Source: Gammaproteobacteria bacterium (GTDB lineage Bacteria; Pseudomonadota; Gammaproteobacteria; Natronospirales; REEB76). From it: DNA of 64,000 nucleotides. The DNA lies in assembly GCA_036500225.1 (NCBI GenBank), contig DASYCJ010000055.1, positions 8,143 to 72,142 on the forward strand, given 5' to 3'. The stretch's first letter is position 1. Each line of letters starts with the position of its first letter. The notes under the pieces were generated by a model that was not told where the DNA came from, made no database searches, and saw nothing but the letters and a program-made list of their open reading frames with translations. Positions 27,457 through 36,653 of the stretch are shown here, in pieces. Made by a program: the position numbers and the translations under genes.

Positions 27457-29287
27457 CCTCGTAGAGCTTCTCGTCTGCCGCCGCGATCAATGCATCCACG
27501 TCGTATGACGGCGGTCCCGCCGCCACACCCACACTCAAGGTGACCGTGAGGCCAGGCTGCAGCTTGGCCCAGTCGTATTCTTCGACCTGTTTGCGGATCT
27601 TCTCGCATACCGCCAGGGCGTTCTCCTTGGCGGTCTCCGGGAAGCACAGCAGAAACTCCTCACCGCCGTAGCGGGCGATGATGTCGATGGAGCGGCATTG
27701 GGTGCGCAGGATGTTGGCGATGGTGCGCAGCACATCGTCACCCACCATATGCGAGTGCTGGTCGTTGACGCCCTTGAAACGGTCGACGTCTGCCATGGCG
27801 AGTGCGATCTGGCGGTTGTAGCGTTCGGCGCGCTTCACCTCGAAGTCCAGACGGCTGTCGAGATAACGACGGTTATAGAGGCCGGTCAGACCATCCTCGC
27901 GGCTCTGGCGTTCCAGCTCCGAGGCTTGCTGCTGCAAGCGGCCCAGCAACTCCTCCTTCTCGCGGTTGGCGCTACGCAGTGATTCCGTGAGGGCGTGCAG
28001 CTCGTCTTTCTGCAGCGCCAGATCGTGGGTGCGTTCCACCACGCGCCGTTCCAGCTCGTTGCGGCCCTGGTCCAGTTCCTGGAACAAGCGCGCATTGGCG
28101 ATGGCCACTGCCACTTGGCCCGCGAAGGTCAGCACCAGCTCGAACTGGGAGTCGCTGAACATGTAGGGGATGTAGCCCTGCACCGAGAGCACGCCCAGCA
28201 CCCGCTCCCGGTAGGTGATGGGCACGGCGATGAAGGATTGGGTCTGGGGCGTATCGCCGATGTGAATCATCATGCTCTTGAACTCGCTTTCGTCCGAGTT
28301 CCAATCGCGGATGAACACCGGTTTGTTGCTGGACACCACCCAACTCAGCACGCCCTCGCCCAGGCGGCGGCGGCGAGCGGTCTGCCGACCGCTGCGGTTG
28401 TGGTGCAGACGGATATCCAGCTCGCGAGTGGATTCATCATAGAGCGCGAGCATGAAGGAATCTGATTCCAGCAGGCCCTTGCTCTCGCGGAAGATCAGTT
28501 CGATGAGATCGTCCAGCACCAATGCGCCGGATACGGCGCGGCCCACGCGATTCAGGGCCTCCAGTTCGTCCCTCTTCACGGCCAGGGTGGTCTGGGTGTC
28601 GGCGATGTGCTTGACGATCCAGATGATGAGGAACAACACCACCAGGAACAGCCAGAACACCGGCGTCTCGAGCCGGTTGTAGACCAGCGCCGTGAACACC
28701 GCCAGCGGCACCGCAGCGATGTCCACCGCGAAACTGAACACACCGAAGGCCTTGCGCCAATCGAAGCCTTCCATCCAGGCGATCACCGCCACGAAGCAGG
28801 TGTTGAGTCCCTGCATCATGAACGCCAGCACCAGCAGGATCAGCGCATCGTGCAGGTCGAGTTGAGTCAAGGGCACGTGACCGCCGAACTCCTGATACAG
28901 GCCGCCGGTGATCAGCATCAGGATGATGATCATCCCGGAATTGTGGAAGGCGCGCAGGAACGTGAGGCGCATGTCCTGGCCGCGGTTCGCGCCCCACGGG
29001 AGGAACGGCCAGATCACGGAAGAGATGCCGGCGATCCAGGCGGCCGGCAGTGTGCCGAAGATGAGGATGCTGGAAATCTGTACCACCCGGTCCAGCGACA
29101 CGTGACCCACGTGCGGCGCCGGGAAACCGAACAACACCACCACGATGCCGAAAAGGGTGAAGCCCACCACCGCCGCCACATTGCCGATCTCAAGTTGTGC
29201 GTGCACCGACAGATAGATGAGCAAGCCGAAGCCCGTTGCAGCAAGCAGCAATGCGTAAACCACCGAGACTTGGCGTGCGTTCTTCAT
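27422..29287 (-). CDS. membrane-bound GAF-GGDEF diguanylate cyclase
   Basis: The N-terminal ~230 aa are polytopic. A GAF-like region follows (FIAVPITYRERVLGVLSV), then a coiled coil, then GGDEF with an I-site (RSIDIIARYGGEEF). Confidence 0.85.
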   Translation of the reverse strand: MKNARQVSVVYALLLAATGFGLLIYLSVHAQLEIGNVAAVVGFTLFGIVVVLFGFPAPHVGHVSLDRVVQISSILIFGTLPAAWIAGISSVIWPFLPWGANRGQDMRLTFLRAFHNSGMIIILMLITGGLYQEFGGHVPLTQLDLHDALILLVLAFMMQGLNTCFVAVIAWMEGFDWRKAFGVFSFAVDIAAVPLAVFTALVYNRLETPVFWLFLVVLFLIIWIVKHIADTQTTLAVKRDELEALNRVGRAVSGALVLDDLIELIFRESKGLLESDSFMLALYDESTRELDIRLHHNRSGRQTARRRRLGEGVLSWVVSSNKPVFIRDWNSDESEFKSMMIHIGDTPQTQSFIAVPITYRERVLGVLSVQGYIPYMFSDSQFELVLTFAGQVAVAIANARLFQELDQGRNELERRVVERTHDLALQKDELHALTESLRSANREKEELLGRLQQQASELERQSREDGLTGLYNRRYLDSRLDFEVKRAERYNRQIALAMADVDRFKGVNDQHSHMVGDDVLRTIANILRTQCRSIDIIARYGGEEFLLCFPETAKENALAVCEKIRKQVEEYDWAKLQPGLTVTLSVGVAAGPPSYDVDALIAAADEKLYEAKRGGRNRVCA

Positions 29288-29355
29288 GTGAGGCGTGAAG
29301 TTCGTCCTATTGGAGCCCAGTTTTCACATAGCGCCGGATGGGGTGCAAGATATTG

Positions 29356-29367
29356 TTTGTATACAAA
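29356..29367. promoter_or_regulatory. perfect 12-bp palindrome TTTGTATACAAA in a divergent promoter region
   Basis: It sits in the AT-rich gap between the GAF-GGDEF gene (start 29287, minus strand) and the DUF4136-like gene (start 29436, plus strand). Confidence 0.35.
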
Positions 29368-29435
29368 ATGTATTCATGGGAAGTACCCTGATTCTCCCAT
29401 GCTAGACTCAAATTCAAGCTGCGAGGCACCCCGCT

Positions 29436-30008
29436 ATGTCCCTTGATTCCAAAGGCTTTTTCCATAAATTCCTGTTACCAATAATCTCCGGTGCCCTTCT
29501 GCTCAGCGCCTGTTCCCCCCGGATCTACACGGACCAGGACCCGGACGCCAAGCTTGGCGCCTATCACCGCTTCGCCTGGCTCTCGCCACCCCCCTCGCCG
29601 GTGCGGGACCCCATCCTCGACAGCCAGATCCTGGATGGCCGGGTGCATAAGGCCGTGAGCGCCGACCTCAAGAACCGCGGCTACGAAGAAGTGGCGCCGG
29701 ATGCCAATCCGGATTTCCTGGTCACCTACCACACCAGCTCCAAGCAGACCCTGCAGAGCACCGGGCCCAGTTTCAGCTTCGGCTTCGTGGACGCTTTCCC
29801 CCGCGGCTTCGGCGCCGTGGGCTTCCCGGTGGGTCCCGACGTGCAGTCCCGCGACGAGGCCACCTTGATGCTGGACGTGCTGGATGGCCAGAGCAAGCGC
29901 CTGGTATGGCGCGGCTGGACCACACAGCTCCTTAACCAAGATAACTACAGCGATTCTTCTGTGACCAGCGCAGTCAAGGACATCTTCGACAAGCTCCCCG
30001 CGCACTGA
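29436..30008 (+). CDS. DUF4136-like lipoprotein
   Basis: Lipobox LLSAC. About 170 aa mature protein with the pattern I associate with DUF4136 (YHRFAWLS..., LMLDVLDGQSKRLVWRGW). Confidence 0.55.
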   Translation: MSLDSKGFFHKFLLPIISGALLLSACSPRIYTDQDPDAKLGAYHRFAWLSPPPSPVRDPILDSQILDGRVHKAVSADLKNRGYEEVAPDANPDFLVTYHTSSKQTLQSTGPSFSFGFVDAFPRGFGAVGFPVGPDVQSRDEATLMLDVLDGQSKRLVWRGWTTQLLNQDNYSDSSVTSAVKDIFDKLPAH

Positions 30009-30027
30009 CGTCGCGTCGGATCGCCTT

Positions 30028-31197
30028 ATGCTGACCGAGCGCCTCATCGCCCACGTGGACATGGACGCCTTCTATGCGTCCGTCGAACAACACGACAACC
30101 CTGAGCTGAAAGGCAAAGCTGTCATCGTCGGCGGCATCGGCAACCGTGGCGTGGTGAGTGCCGCGAGCTACGAAGCGCGCAAGTTCGGGGTGCGTTCCGC
30201 CATGCCCATGTACGAGGCGCGCCGCCGTTGCCCCCAGGGCGTCTATATCCAGGTGCGCATGTCCCGTTACAAAGAAGTCTCGGGGCAGGTGTTCCAAGTG
30301 TTCGGCGACTTCACGCCCACCATCCAGGGACTATCCCTGGACGAAGCCTTCCTGGATCTCTCAGGGGCCATCGGCAGTGAGGATCCCGCAGCCTTGGGCC
30401 TGCGCATCAAACAGGCTATCCGCGAGGCCACCGGACTCACTGCCTCCATCGGCCTCGCACCCAACAAGCTGGTGGCCAAGATCGCCTCCCAGCACTGCAA
30501 GCCCGACGGCCTCTTGCACGTGCTACCGGATGCCGTGCAAGCCACCCTCGATCCCCTGCCGGTGACGTCCATCTGGGGCATCGGCCCCCGTAGCGGCGAG
30601 TCCCTGGCCAAGGCCAGGATCACCACCATTCGCGAACTGCGCCACGCTCCGGAAGCCATGCTCAAGGCCCTGTTCGGTTCCCAGGCCCTGCACTACAAGG
30701 CGCTGGCCGAAGGCCGCGATGACCGGCCGGTAGACGGCAGCGGCGGCGAACGCTCCGTGAGCCAGGAGACTACCTTTGAACGAGATCTAAGTGATATCCA
30801 GGACCTGGACCCAATCCTGCGCAGGCTCACAGAGGACCTCTGCCGCATCTTGCGCAAGAACGAGCTGAAGCCCCACACCCTGGTGGTGAAACTGCGGGAA
30901 GCAGACTTCACGCGACATACCCGCCAGCGGCGTTTCACCCCGGCAGACGCGAGTTACGGCGCCCTCTATCCCATCGCCCGGGGCCTCTTGGCCCGCTGGC
31001 TGGAAGAGCACCCGCACCGGCGATTGCGGCTCCTGGGCGTGGGCGCCCGGGACTTCGCCGGTGACGAGCAACAGGACCTGTTCGACGAAGGCCGGGCCCG
31101 CCGCGAGCGACTCGAGACCGCCGCCGACGCCGTGAGGCAGCGTTTCGGTGCCGAGGCCCTGCACAGAGGCGTATCCTTGGAAGACGACCCGGACTGA
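30028..31197 (+). CDS. dinB: DNA polymerase IV
   Basis: IAHVDMDAFYASVEQHDNPELKGKAVIVGG...SLDEAFLDL are Y-family polymerase catalytic motifs. Confidence 0.93.
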   Translation: MLTERLIAHVDMDAFYASVEQHDNPELKGKAVIVGGIGNRGVVSAASYEARKFGVRSAMPMYEARRRCPQGVYIQVRMSRYKEVSGQVFQVFGDFTPTIQGLSLDEAFLDLSGAIGSEDPAALGLRIKQAIREATGLTASIGLAPNKLVAKIASQHCKPDGLLHVLPDAVQATLDPLPVTSIWGIGPRSGESLAKARITTIRELRHAPEAMLKALFGSQALHYKALAEGRDDRPVDGSGGERSVSQETTFERDLSDIQDLDPILRRLTEDLCRILRKNELKPHTLVVKLREADFTRHTRQRRFTPADASYGALYPIARGLLARWLEEHPHRRLRLLGVGARDFAGDEQQDLFDEGRARRERLETAADAVRQRFGAEALHRGVSLEDDPD

Positions 31198-31208
31198 CTC
31201 CCACGCCC

Positions 31209-32786
31209 ATGTACGCCAGCTATTTCGGTCTCAACGACAATCCGTTCGCCATCACGCCGGACCCGCGCTTCCTGTTCCTGTCGGCGCGGCATACGGAAGC
31301 CCTGGCGCACCTCCTATATGGTGTCACCGAGAGCGGAGGCTTCATCCAGCTCACGGGCGAAGTGGGTACCGGCAAAACCACCCTAGTGCGTACCCTTCTG
31401 GAGAAGCTGCCGGACAATGTGGACGCGGCGCTGATCATCAACCCGCGCGTCTCAGTGCTGGAGTTCCTGCGTAGCATCTGCCGGGAACTGGACATCGATT
31501 GGAAGCAGGATCAGACCTCCCAGGACCTCATCGACACCCTCAACGCACACCTGCTGCAGGCCCACGAGAAGGGTCGGCGCGTGGTGCTGATCGTGGATGA
31601 GGCTCAAGGCCTGTCCGCAGAAGTACTCGAACAAGTGCGGCTCTTGACCAACCTCGAGACCCGCGAACAGAAACTCTTGCAGATCATCCTGGTGGGGCAG
31701 CCGGAATTGCGGGAACTCCTGGCACGCAACGAACTGCGCCAGCTCGCGCAACGCATCACCGGCCGTTATCATCTGACGCCTCTCTCCGCCGCCGAGACCG
31801 GTGCCTATGTAAACCATCGGCTCACGGTGTCCGGCGCGATGGCGCCGATCTTTACCCACGCGGCACTCAAGCGCCTGCAACGCATCAGTACCGGCATCCC
31901 GCGGCTCATCAACATCATCTGCGACCGGGCCCTGCTGGGTGCCTACACCCAGGAACTGCGCCAAGTGGACGCAGCTCTGGTGAAGCGCGCGGCCCACGAG
32001 GTACTGGGAGAGGCTCCGCGCCCGCATCGCTCCTGGCGTCCGGCTCTACTCATCGGTCTCGCGGTGCTGGCCGCCTCCGCCGCAGGTGCTGCGCTCTGGA
32101 CCTGGACGCCGACCACGGCAGCTGTCGCGGTACAGCCGCCCGCACCGGCCAAGCCCGCAGCTCCCGACCTCGCGACCTGGCTCAGCGATGCCGCCCACCG
32201 CAGCGACACGGACGCCGCTTTCGGCAGCCTGTTCTCCCTGTGGGGCGCCAGCTACAGCACCAGCGCGGACGGCAGTGCCTGCCGCGAGGCCGAGGATGCA
32301 GGCCTGCGCTGCTTATATAGACGCGGTACCTGGAACAACCTGCGGGGCTTCGACCTGCCGGCCATCGTCACCCTCACGGACGCCGGCGGTGCCGCCCATC
32401 AATTGGTCATGACTCATATAGATGACAGCAGCGTCACCCTCAAGGCCGGCTCCGCCAGTGCCCGATTCCCTTTAAGTGAAGTGGAACCCCTCTGGTACGG
32501 CGAGTTCCTGATCCTGTGGCGGCCTGATGCCCACGCCCAGCACCCCCTCGCCCCCGGTATGAGTGGCAGCGGGGTGATGTGGTTGCGCTCGCAGCTCGCG
32601 GCCCTACAGCTCATCCACGACTCCGGCAGCCCCCAGTACGACGCGGAACTCACCACGGCGGTGAAACGCTTCCAGGCACAGGAACACATGCAGGTGGATG
32701 GCATCGCAGGCGAAGAGACCCTGGTGCGGCTGTCCACGGCCCTGGCCACGCCCGGCACGCCGCTCCTGGCCTCGGGAGTGCGCTGA
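31209..32786 (+). CDS. gspA: ExeA/GspA-type AAA ATPase with a C-terminal peptidoglycan-binding domain
   Basis: MYASYFGLNDNPFAITPDPRFLF..., Walker A GEVGTGKTT, Walker B LIVDEAQ, one transmembrane helix, and a C-terminal PG_binding_1-like segment (AVKRFQAQEHMQVDGIAGEETLVRL). Confidence 0.85.
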   Translation: MYASYFGLNDNPFAITPDPRFLFLSARHTEALAHLLYGVTESGGFIQLTGEVGTGKTTLVRTLLEKLPDNVDAALIINPRVSVLEFLRSICRELDIDWKQDQTSQDLIDTLNAHLLQAHEKGRRVVLIVDEAQGLSAEVLEQVRLLTNLETREQKLLQIILVGQPELRELLARNELRQLAQRITGRYHLTPLSAAETGAYVNHRLTVSGAMAPIFTHAALKRLQRISTGIPRLINIICDRALLGAYTQELRQVDAALVKRAAHEVLGEAPRPHRSWRPALLIGLAVLAASAAGAALWTWTPTTAAVAVQPPAPAKPAAPDLATWLSDAAHRSDTDAAFGSLFSLWGASYSTSADGSACREAEDAGLRCLYRRGTWNNLRGFDLPAIVTLTDAGGAAHQLVMTHIDDSSVTLKAGSASARFPLSEVEPLWYGEFLILWRPDAHAQHPLAPGMSGSGVMWLRSQLAALQLIHDSGSPQYDAELTTAVKRFQAQEHMQVDGIAGEETLVRLSTALATPGTPLLASGVR

Positions 32787-33433
32787 TGTCGCTTATCCTC
32801 GACGCGCTGCGCAAATCCGAACGCACCCGGCAACAAAGCCTGACGGGACAGCTCGGCGTCGCCGAGACACCGACGGGTCCAGGTCGTGTGCCGGTGCCCT
32901 GGGTGACGCTCATCGGCATCTTACTGGCGGCGAATGCCCTGCTGCTTTACTTCGTCTGGCCCCGTACCCCGGCACCCGCGACCGCTGCAGTAGTGCCCGC
33001 CGCCGCGGCACCGGCAGCTACAGCGTACCGCCCGAGCGTGCGCCCGCTAGCGGAGGAAGCCGGCAGCGACATGGATGCTGCGGTACCCGCTCCAGTGCAG
33101 CCGCAAGCTTCAGCACCTACAGCAGCGGAGATCGGGACCCCGAGCGCCGCCATCGGTCCACCGGTGCAACTGCCGGCTCAGACGGCGGCGGCGGACACGT
33201 CGTCTTTCACCACCTTCGATGCCTTGCCCGCGGAAATACGCTCCGCCCTGCCGGCGCTGCATATGGACGTGCACGGTTACGTGGGGAATGCCAAGGACCG
33301 TTTCGTGGTCATAAACCTCAAGCAATACCACATCGGAGATGTCCTAGATGAGGGTCCGACCCTCAAAGACATCATTCCGCAGGGTGCGGTGCTGGTGTTC
33401 CGCGGCACCACTTTCCTGTTACCTGCTTACTAG
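32786..33433 (+). CDS. gspB: GspB/ExeB-like general secretion pathway protein B
   Basis: I moved the start to the ATG at 32786, overlapping the gspA stop (TGATG). N-terminus MSLILDALRKSE, one transmembrane helix, an Ala/Pro-rich linker, and a C-terminal domain LPALHMDVHGYVGNAKDRFVVINLKQYHIGDVL. Confidence 0.75.
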   Translation: MSLILDALRKSERTRQQSLTGQLGVAETPTGPGRVPVPWVTLIGILLAANALLLYFVWPRTPAPATAAVVPAAAAPAATAYRPSVRPLAEEAGSDMDAAVPAPVQPQASAPTAAEIGTPSAAIGPPVQLPAQTAAADTSSFTTFDALPAEIRSALPALHMDVHGYVGNAKDRFVVINLKQYHIGDVLDEGPTLKDIIPQGAVLVFRGTTFLLPAY

Positions 33434-33463
33434 AAAGACGACTCTCAACCGAAGGGGATCAGC

Positions 33464-35065
33464 ATGCGTACTTGCCTGACCGTGTTCCTGTTGACGACAC
33501 TGCCCTTGATGGCGTTCGCGGCAGCGACGCCGCAGTTCGACGAAGGCAACATCCGCTCCACCATCAAGACCCTGTCCTCGGACGAGTTCGGCGGCCGGGC
33601 ACCCGGCAGCCAGGGCGAACAGCTCACGACCGAGTACATCAGCGCTGAATACAAGAAGTACGGCCTCACGCCGGCCGCCGGCGATTCCTATCTGCAATCC
33701 GTGCCCATGAAGCAGATCACTGCCAATCCCCATACCGAACTCGACGTCAGCGGCGGTGCCACGCCCCTCAAGTTCGCCTACGGCGACGACATGGTGGTGA
33801 GCTCGCCGCGTACCGACGCGACCGTGACGCTCAAGGACAGCCCGCTGGTGTTCGTGGGTTACGGCATCGTGGCGCCGGAATACAAGTGGAACGATTACGC
33901 GGGCCTGGATGTGAAGGGCAAGACCGTGGTGGTACTGGTGAACGACCCCGGCCACGTGGACCCGAAGCTCTTCGATGGCAAGGCCATGACCTACTACGGC
34001 CGCTGGACCTATAAATACGAGGAAGCCGCGCGCCAGGGTGCCGCTGCGATCCTCATCGTGCATGACACCGAGCCCGCGGGTTATCCCTGGGAAGTGGTGC
34101 ACGGCAGCTGGACCGGCCCCCTCGAGGAGTTACAGCCGGAAGGCAGCTACCAGCTTGCCATCCAGGGTTGGGTCACCCACGATTCCGCCGAGAAGATGTT
34201 CGCTGCCGCTGGCATGAAGTTCGACGAAGCCATGGCCGCCGCGGCCAAGCCCGGCTTCAAGGCCATCCCCCTGAAACTCGACGCGAGCCTCGCCCTGCAT
34301 GACGTCGTGAAAGACATCGTCTCCCACAACGTGGTGGGACTGGTGAAAGGCAGCAGCCATCCCGAGAACGTGGTGGTCTACTCCGCTCACTGGGATCACT
34401 TAGGCATGCGCACCGGAGCTGACGGCAAGCCCGAGACCTTCCACGGTGCCATCGACAACGGTTCCGGCATCGCCGGCCTACTGGAGATCGCGCGGCTGAC
34501 GGCGCAGTCGAAGCCGCAACGCAGCGTACTGTTCCTCGCCACCACCTCTGAGGAACAAGGCTTGCTGGGTGCGGCGTACTACGTAGCCCATCCCCTGTTC
34601 AAACTCGGCCATACCGTGGCCGACCTCAACATGGATGTACTGGACACTTACGGCAAGACTCGCGACGTGACCGTGCGTGGGCGCTTCATGTCCGGCGTGG
34701 ACGACGTGTTCCAGGCCCAGGCCAAGAAACTCGGTCTGGCCGTGGAACAGGACTCGGATCCGGCCAAGGGCATGTACTTCCGTGCCGACCACTTCGAGTT
34801 CGCCAAGGCCGGCGTACCGGCCATGAGCATTGCCCTCGGCACCGACTATGTGGGTCATCCCGCCGGCTGGGGCCTGGAGCAGCAGCACGCCTACACCGCC
34901 AACCGCTATCACAAGCCCGCAGACGTGTATGAGCCGGGCTGGGACCTGGCCGGCATGCTGCAGCAACTGCAACTCATGTATCTCACCGGGCAGGCCCTGG
35001 CAGATGATGACCAGTGGCCTGCCTGGAAGCCCGGCGTGCCCTTCGCCGCCAAACGCGCCAATTGA
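33464..35065 (+). CDS. secreted M28-family aminopeptidase with a PA domain
   Basis: Signal peptide. Zinc-ligand motifs AHWDHLG, AIDNGSGIAGLLEIA, TSEEQGLLGAAYY and ADHFEF. Confidence 0.85.
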   Translation: MRTCLTVFLLTTLPLMAFAAATPQFDEGNIRSTIKTLSSDEFGGRAPGSQGEQLTTEYISAEYKKYGLTPAAGDSYLQSVPMKQITANPHTELDVSGGATPLKFAYGDDMVVSSPRTDATVTLKDSPLVFVGYGIVAPEYKWNDYAGLDVKGKTVVVLVNDPGHVDPKLFDGKAMTYYGRWTYKYEEAARQGAAAILIVHDTEPAGYPWEVVHGSWTGPLEELQPEGSYQLAIQGWVTHDSAEKMFAAAGMKFDEAMAAAAKPGFKAIPLKLDASLALHDVVKDIVSHNVVGLVKGSSHPENVVVYSAHWDHLGMRTGADGKPETFHGAIDNGSGIAGLLEIARLTAQSKPQRSVLFLATTSEEQGLLGAAYYVAHPLFKLGHTVADLNMDVLDTYGKTRDVTVRGRFMSGVDDVFQAQAKKLGLAVEQDSDPAKGMYFRADHFEFAKAGVPAMSIALGTDYVGHPAGWGLEQQHAYTANRYHKPADVYEPGWDLAGMLQQLQLMYLTGQALADDDQWPAWKPGVPFAAKRAN

Positions 35066-35072
35066 GGCAGCT

Positions 35073-35110
35073 TCGACCTCGGCGGCGGTACCGCCGCCGA
35101 GGTCGATTTT
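35073..35110 (+). terminator. rho-independent terminator after the M28 peptidase gene
   Basis: Perfect 34-nt palindrome TCGACCTCGGCGGCGGTACCGCCGCCGAGGTCGA, followed by TTTT. Confidence 0.85.
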
Positions 35111-35227
35111 GAGGCTGTTTACCGGCCTTTTCCGCCTGTGCTATCCCGCACCGCCAGCGATATGTAGAATCCGAACACACCGGCAGCCTCAGTCCGCTGT
35201 CCGAACTATTCCTATAACAAGCCGCCC

Positions 35228-36508
35228 ATGCACATCCTGATCGTCGATCACTCCAAGGTGGTGCGCACCGTCTGGAACAAGATGGTCGCCGACCTCGGGC
35301 ACCAGAGCCTGACCGTGGCCAGCGCCGAGGAAGCCATGGGCGTGGTGCAGGGCCAGGAAGTTGAGTTCATCTGCGCTTCGCTCTCGCTGCCCGGCGAGAA
35401 CGGCATCGACCTCTGCCGCCAGATCCGCGCCCTGCCCAAGCACCACAAGACACCCTTCATCCTGCTCACCTCGACCCAGGATAAGACCCTGCGCCAGGAA
35501 GCCTTCGAGGCCGGCGTCACCGAGATCCAAGAGAAGATGGACAAGGAACAGCTGGAGGCACGCCTCAAGCAGTACCTATCCGAGGAACAGCAGGAACTCA
35601 CCGGCCGGGTGCTGTACATCGAGGACAGCATGGTGGCGGCGCACATCATGATCAAGATCCTGCGTCATATGAACCTGCAGGTGGATCACTTCCGCAGCGC
35701 TGACGAGGCGCTGGCCTCCTTCGAGAAGTACGATTACGACCTGATCGTGAGCGACATCCTCTTGGAGGGCGTGATGAGCGGCGTGGGCCTGGTGAACCGG
35801 GTGCGCAGCTACCTCTCGGACAAGCGCCGCGTGCCGGTGCTGGCGCTTTCTGGCATGGACGAGACCTCACGGCGCATCGAACTCTTTCGCCTCGGCGTCA
35901 ACGACTACATCGCCAAGCCGCCGGTGGAGGAGGAAGTGCGCGCTCGCGTGCGCAACCTCATCTTCAGCAAGCAGCTCTTCGACCGGGTGCAGGCGCAGTC
36001 GCGTCAGCTCTACCAGCTCGCCATGCAGGACCCGCTCACCAGCCTCTACAACCGTACCGGCCTGAACGAGTTCGGCATGCGCTTCTTCACCGAGGCGAAC
36101 GAGCTCGATACGCCCTTGAGCCTGCTCATCATCGACCTGGACCACTTCAAGAATATCAACGACAGCCATGGCCATACCACCGGCGACCAAGCTTTGGCCA
36201 GGGTGGGCGAGATGCTGAAACAGTCCTGCCGCGAAGGCGACCTGGCAGCGCGGGTAGGTGGCGAGGAGTTCATCCTGATCCTGAGCGAGACCGGCGCCGA
36301 ACAGGCCACGAAGCAGGCAGAGAAGATCAGGAAAGATATCGAAAAACTCAAACCCGCCGGCATCGACGTGGCCGCCAGCATCGGTGTGACCTCACGGCCG
36401 CTGGGCAAACAGGTGACATTCGACGATCTCTTCAAGGTCGCAGACCGCGCCGTCTATGAAGCCAAGAACCAGGGTCGCAACCGCGTGGTGACGATGCTCT
36501 TCTCTTGA
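35228..36508 (+). CDS. REC-REC-GGDEF response regulator diguanylate cyclase (PleD-like architecture)
   Basis: REC1 lacks the acceptor Asp (FICASLSLPGENG). REC2 is canonical (YIEDS...DLIVSDILLEG...LALSG...DYIAKP). GGDEF has an I-site (REGDLAARVGGEEF). Confidence 0.88.
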   Translation: MHILIVDHSKVVRTVWNKMVADLGHQSLTVASAEEAMGVVQGQEVEFICASLSLPGENGIDLCRQIRALPKHHKTPFILLTSTQDKTLRQEAFEAGVTEIQEKMDKEQLEARLKQYLSEEQQELTGRVLYIEDSMVAAHIMIKILRHMNLQVDHFRSADEALASFEKYDYDLIVSDILLEGVMSGVGLVNRVRSYLSDKRRVPVLALSGMDETSRRIELFRLGVNDYIAKPPVEEEVRARVRNLIFSKQLFDRVQAQSRQLYQLAMQDPLTSLYNRTGLNEFGMRFFTEANELDTPLSLLIIDLDHFKNINDSHGHTTGDQALARVGEMLKQSCREGDLAARVGGEEFILILSETGAEQATKQAEKIRKDIEKLKPAGIDVAASIGVTSRPLGKQVTFDDLFKVADRAVYEAKNQGRNRVVTMLFS

Positions 36509-36576
36509 TCTTTGGCTCAAGCCATCCTGGCTTGAGCTACTCGGCGAGTCCGGCGCATATCCAGACTCGCCTCCGT

Positions 36577-36610
36577 CGAACCGAGCACTGGAAGTGCTCG
36601 GTTCGCGTTT
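36577..36610 (+). terminator. 12-bp-stem hairpin between the PleD-like gene and the trans-sulfuration gene
   Basis: CGAACCGAGCAC-TGGAA-GTGCTCGGTTCG followed by CGTTTGG. It is the third of three consecutive hairpins (the others are 36515-36537 and 36543-36571). Confidence 0.5.
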
Positions 36611-36653
36611 GGTATGTCCCTGTACCAAAGTCTATATAGATAGTGAGGAAGCG

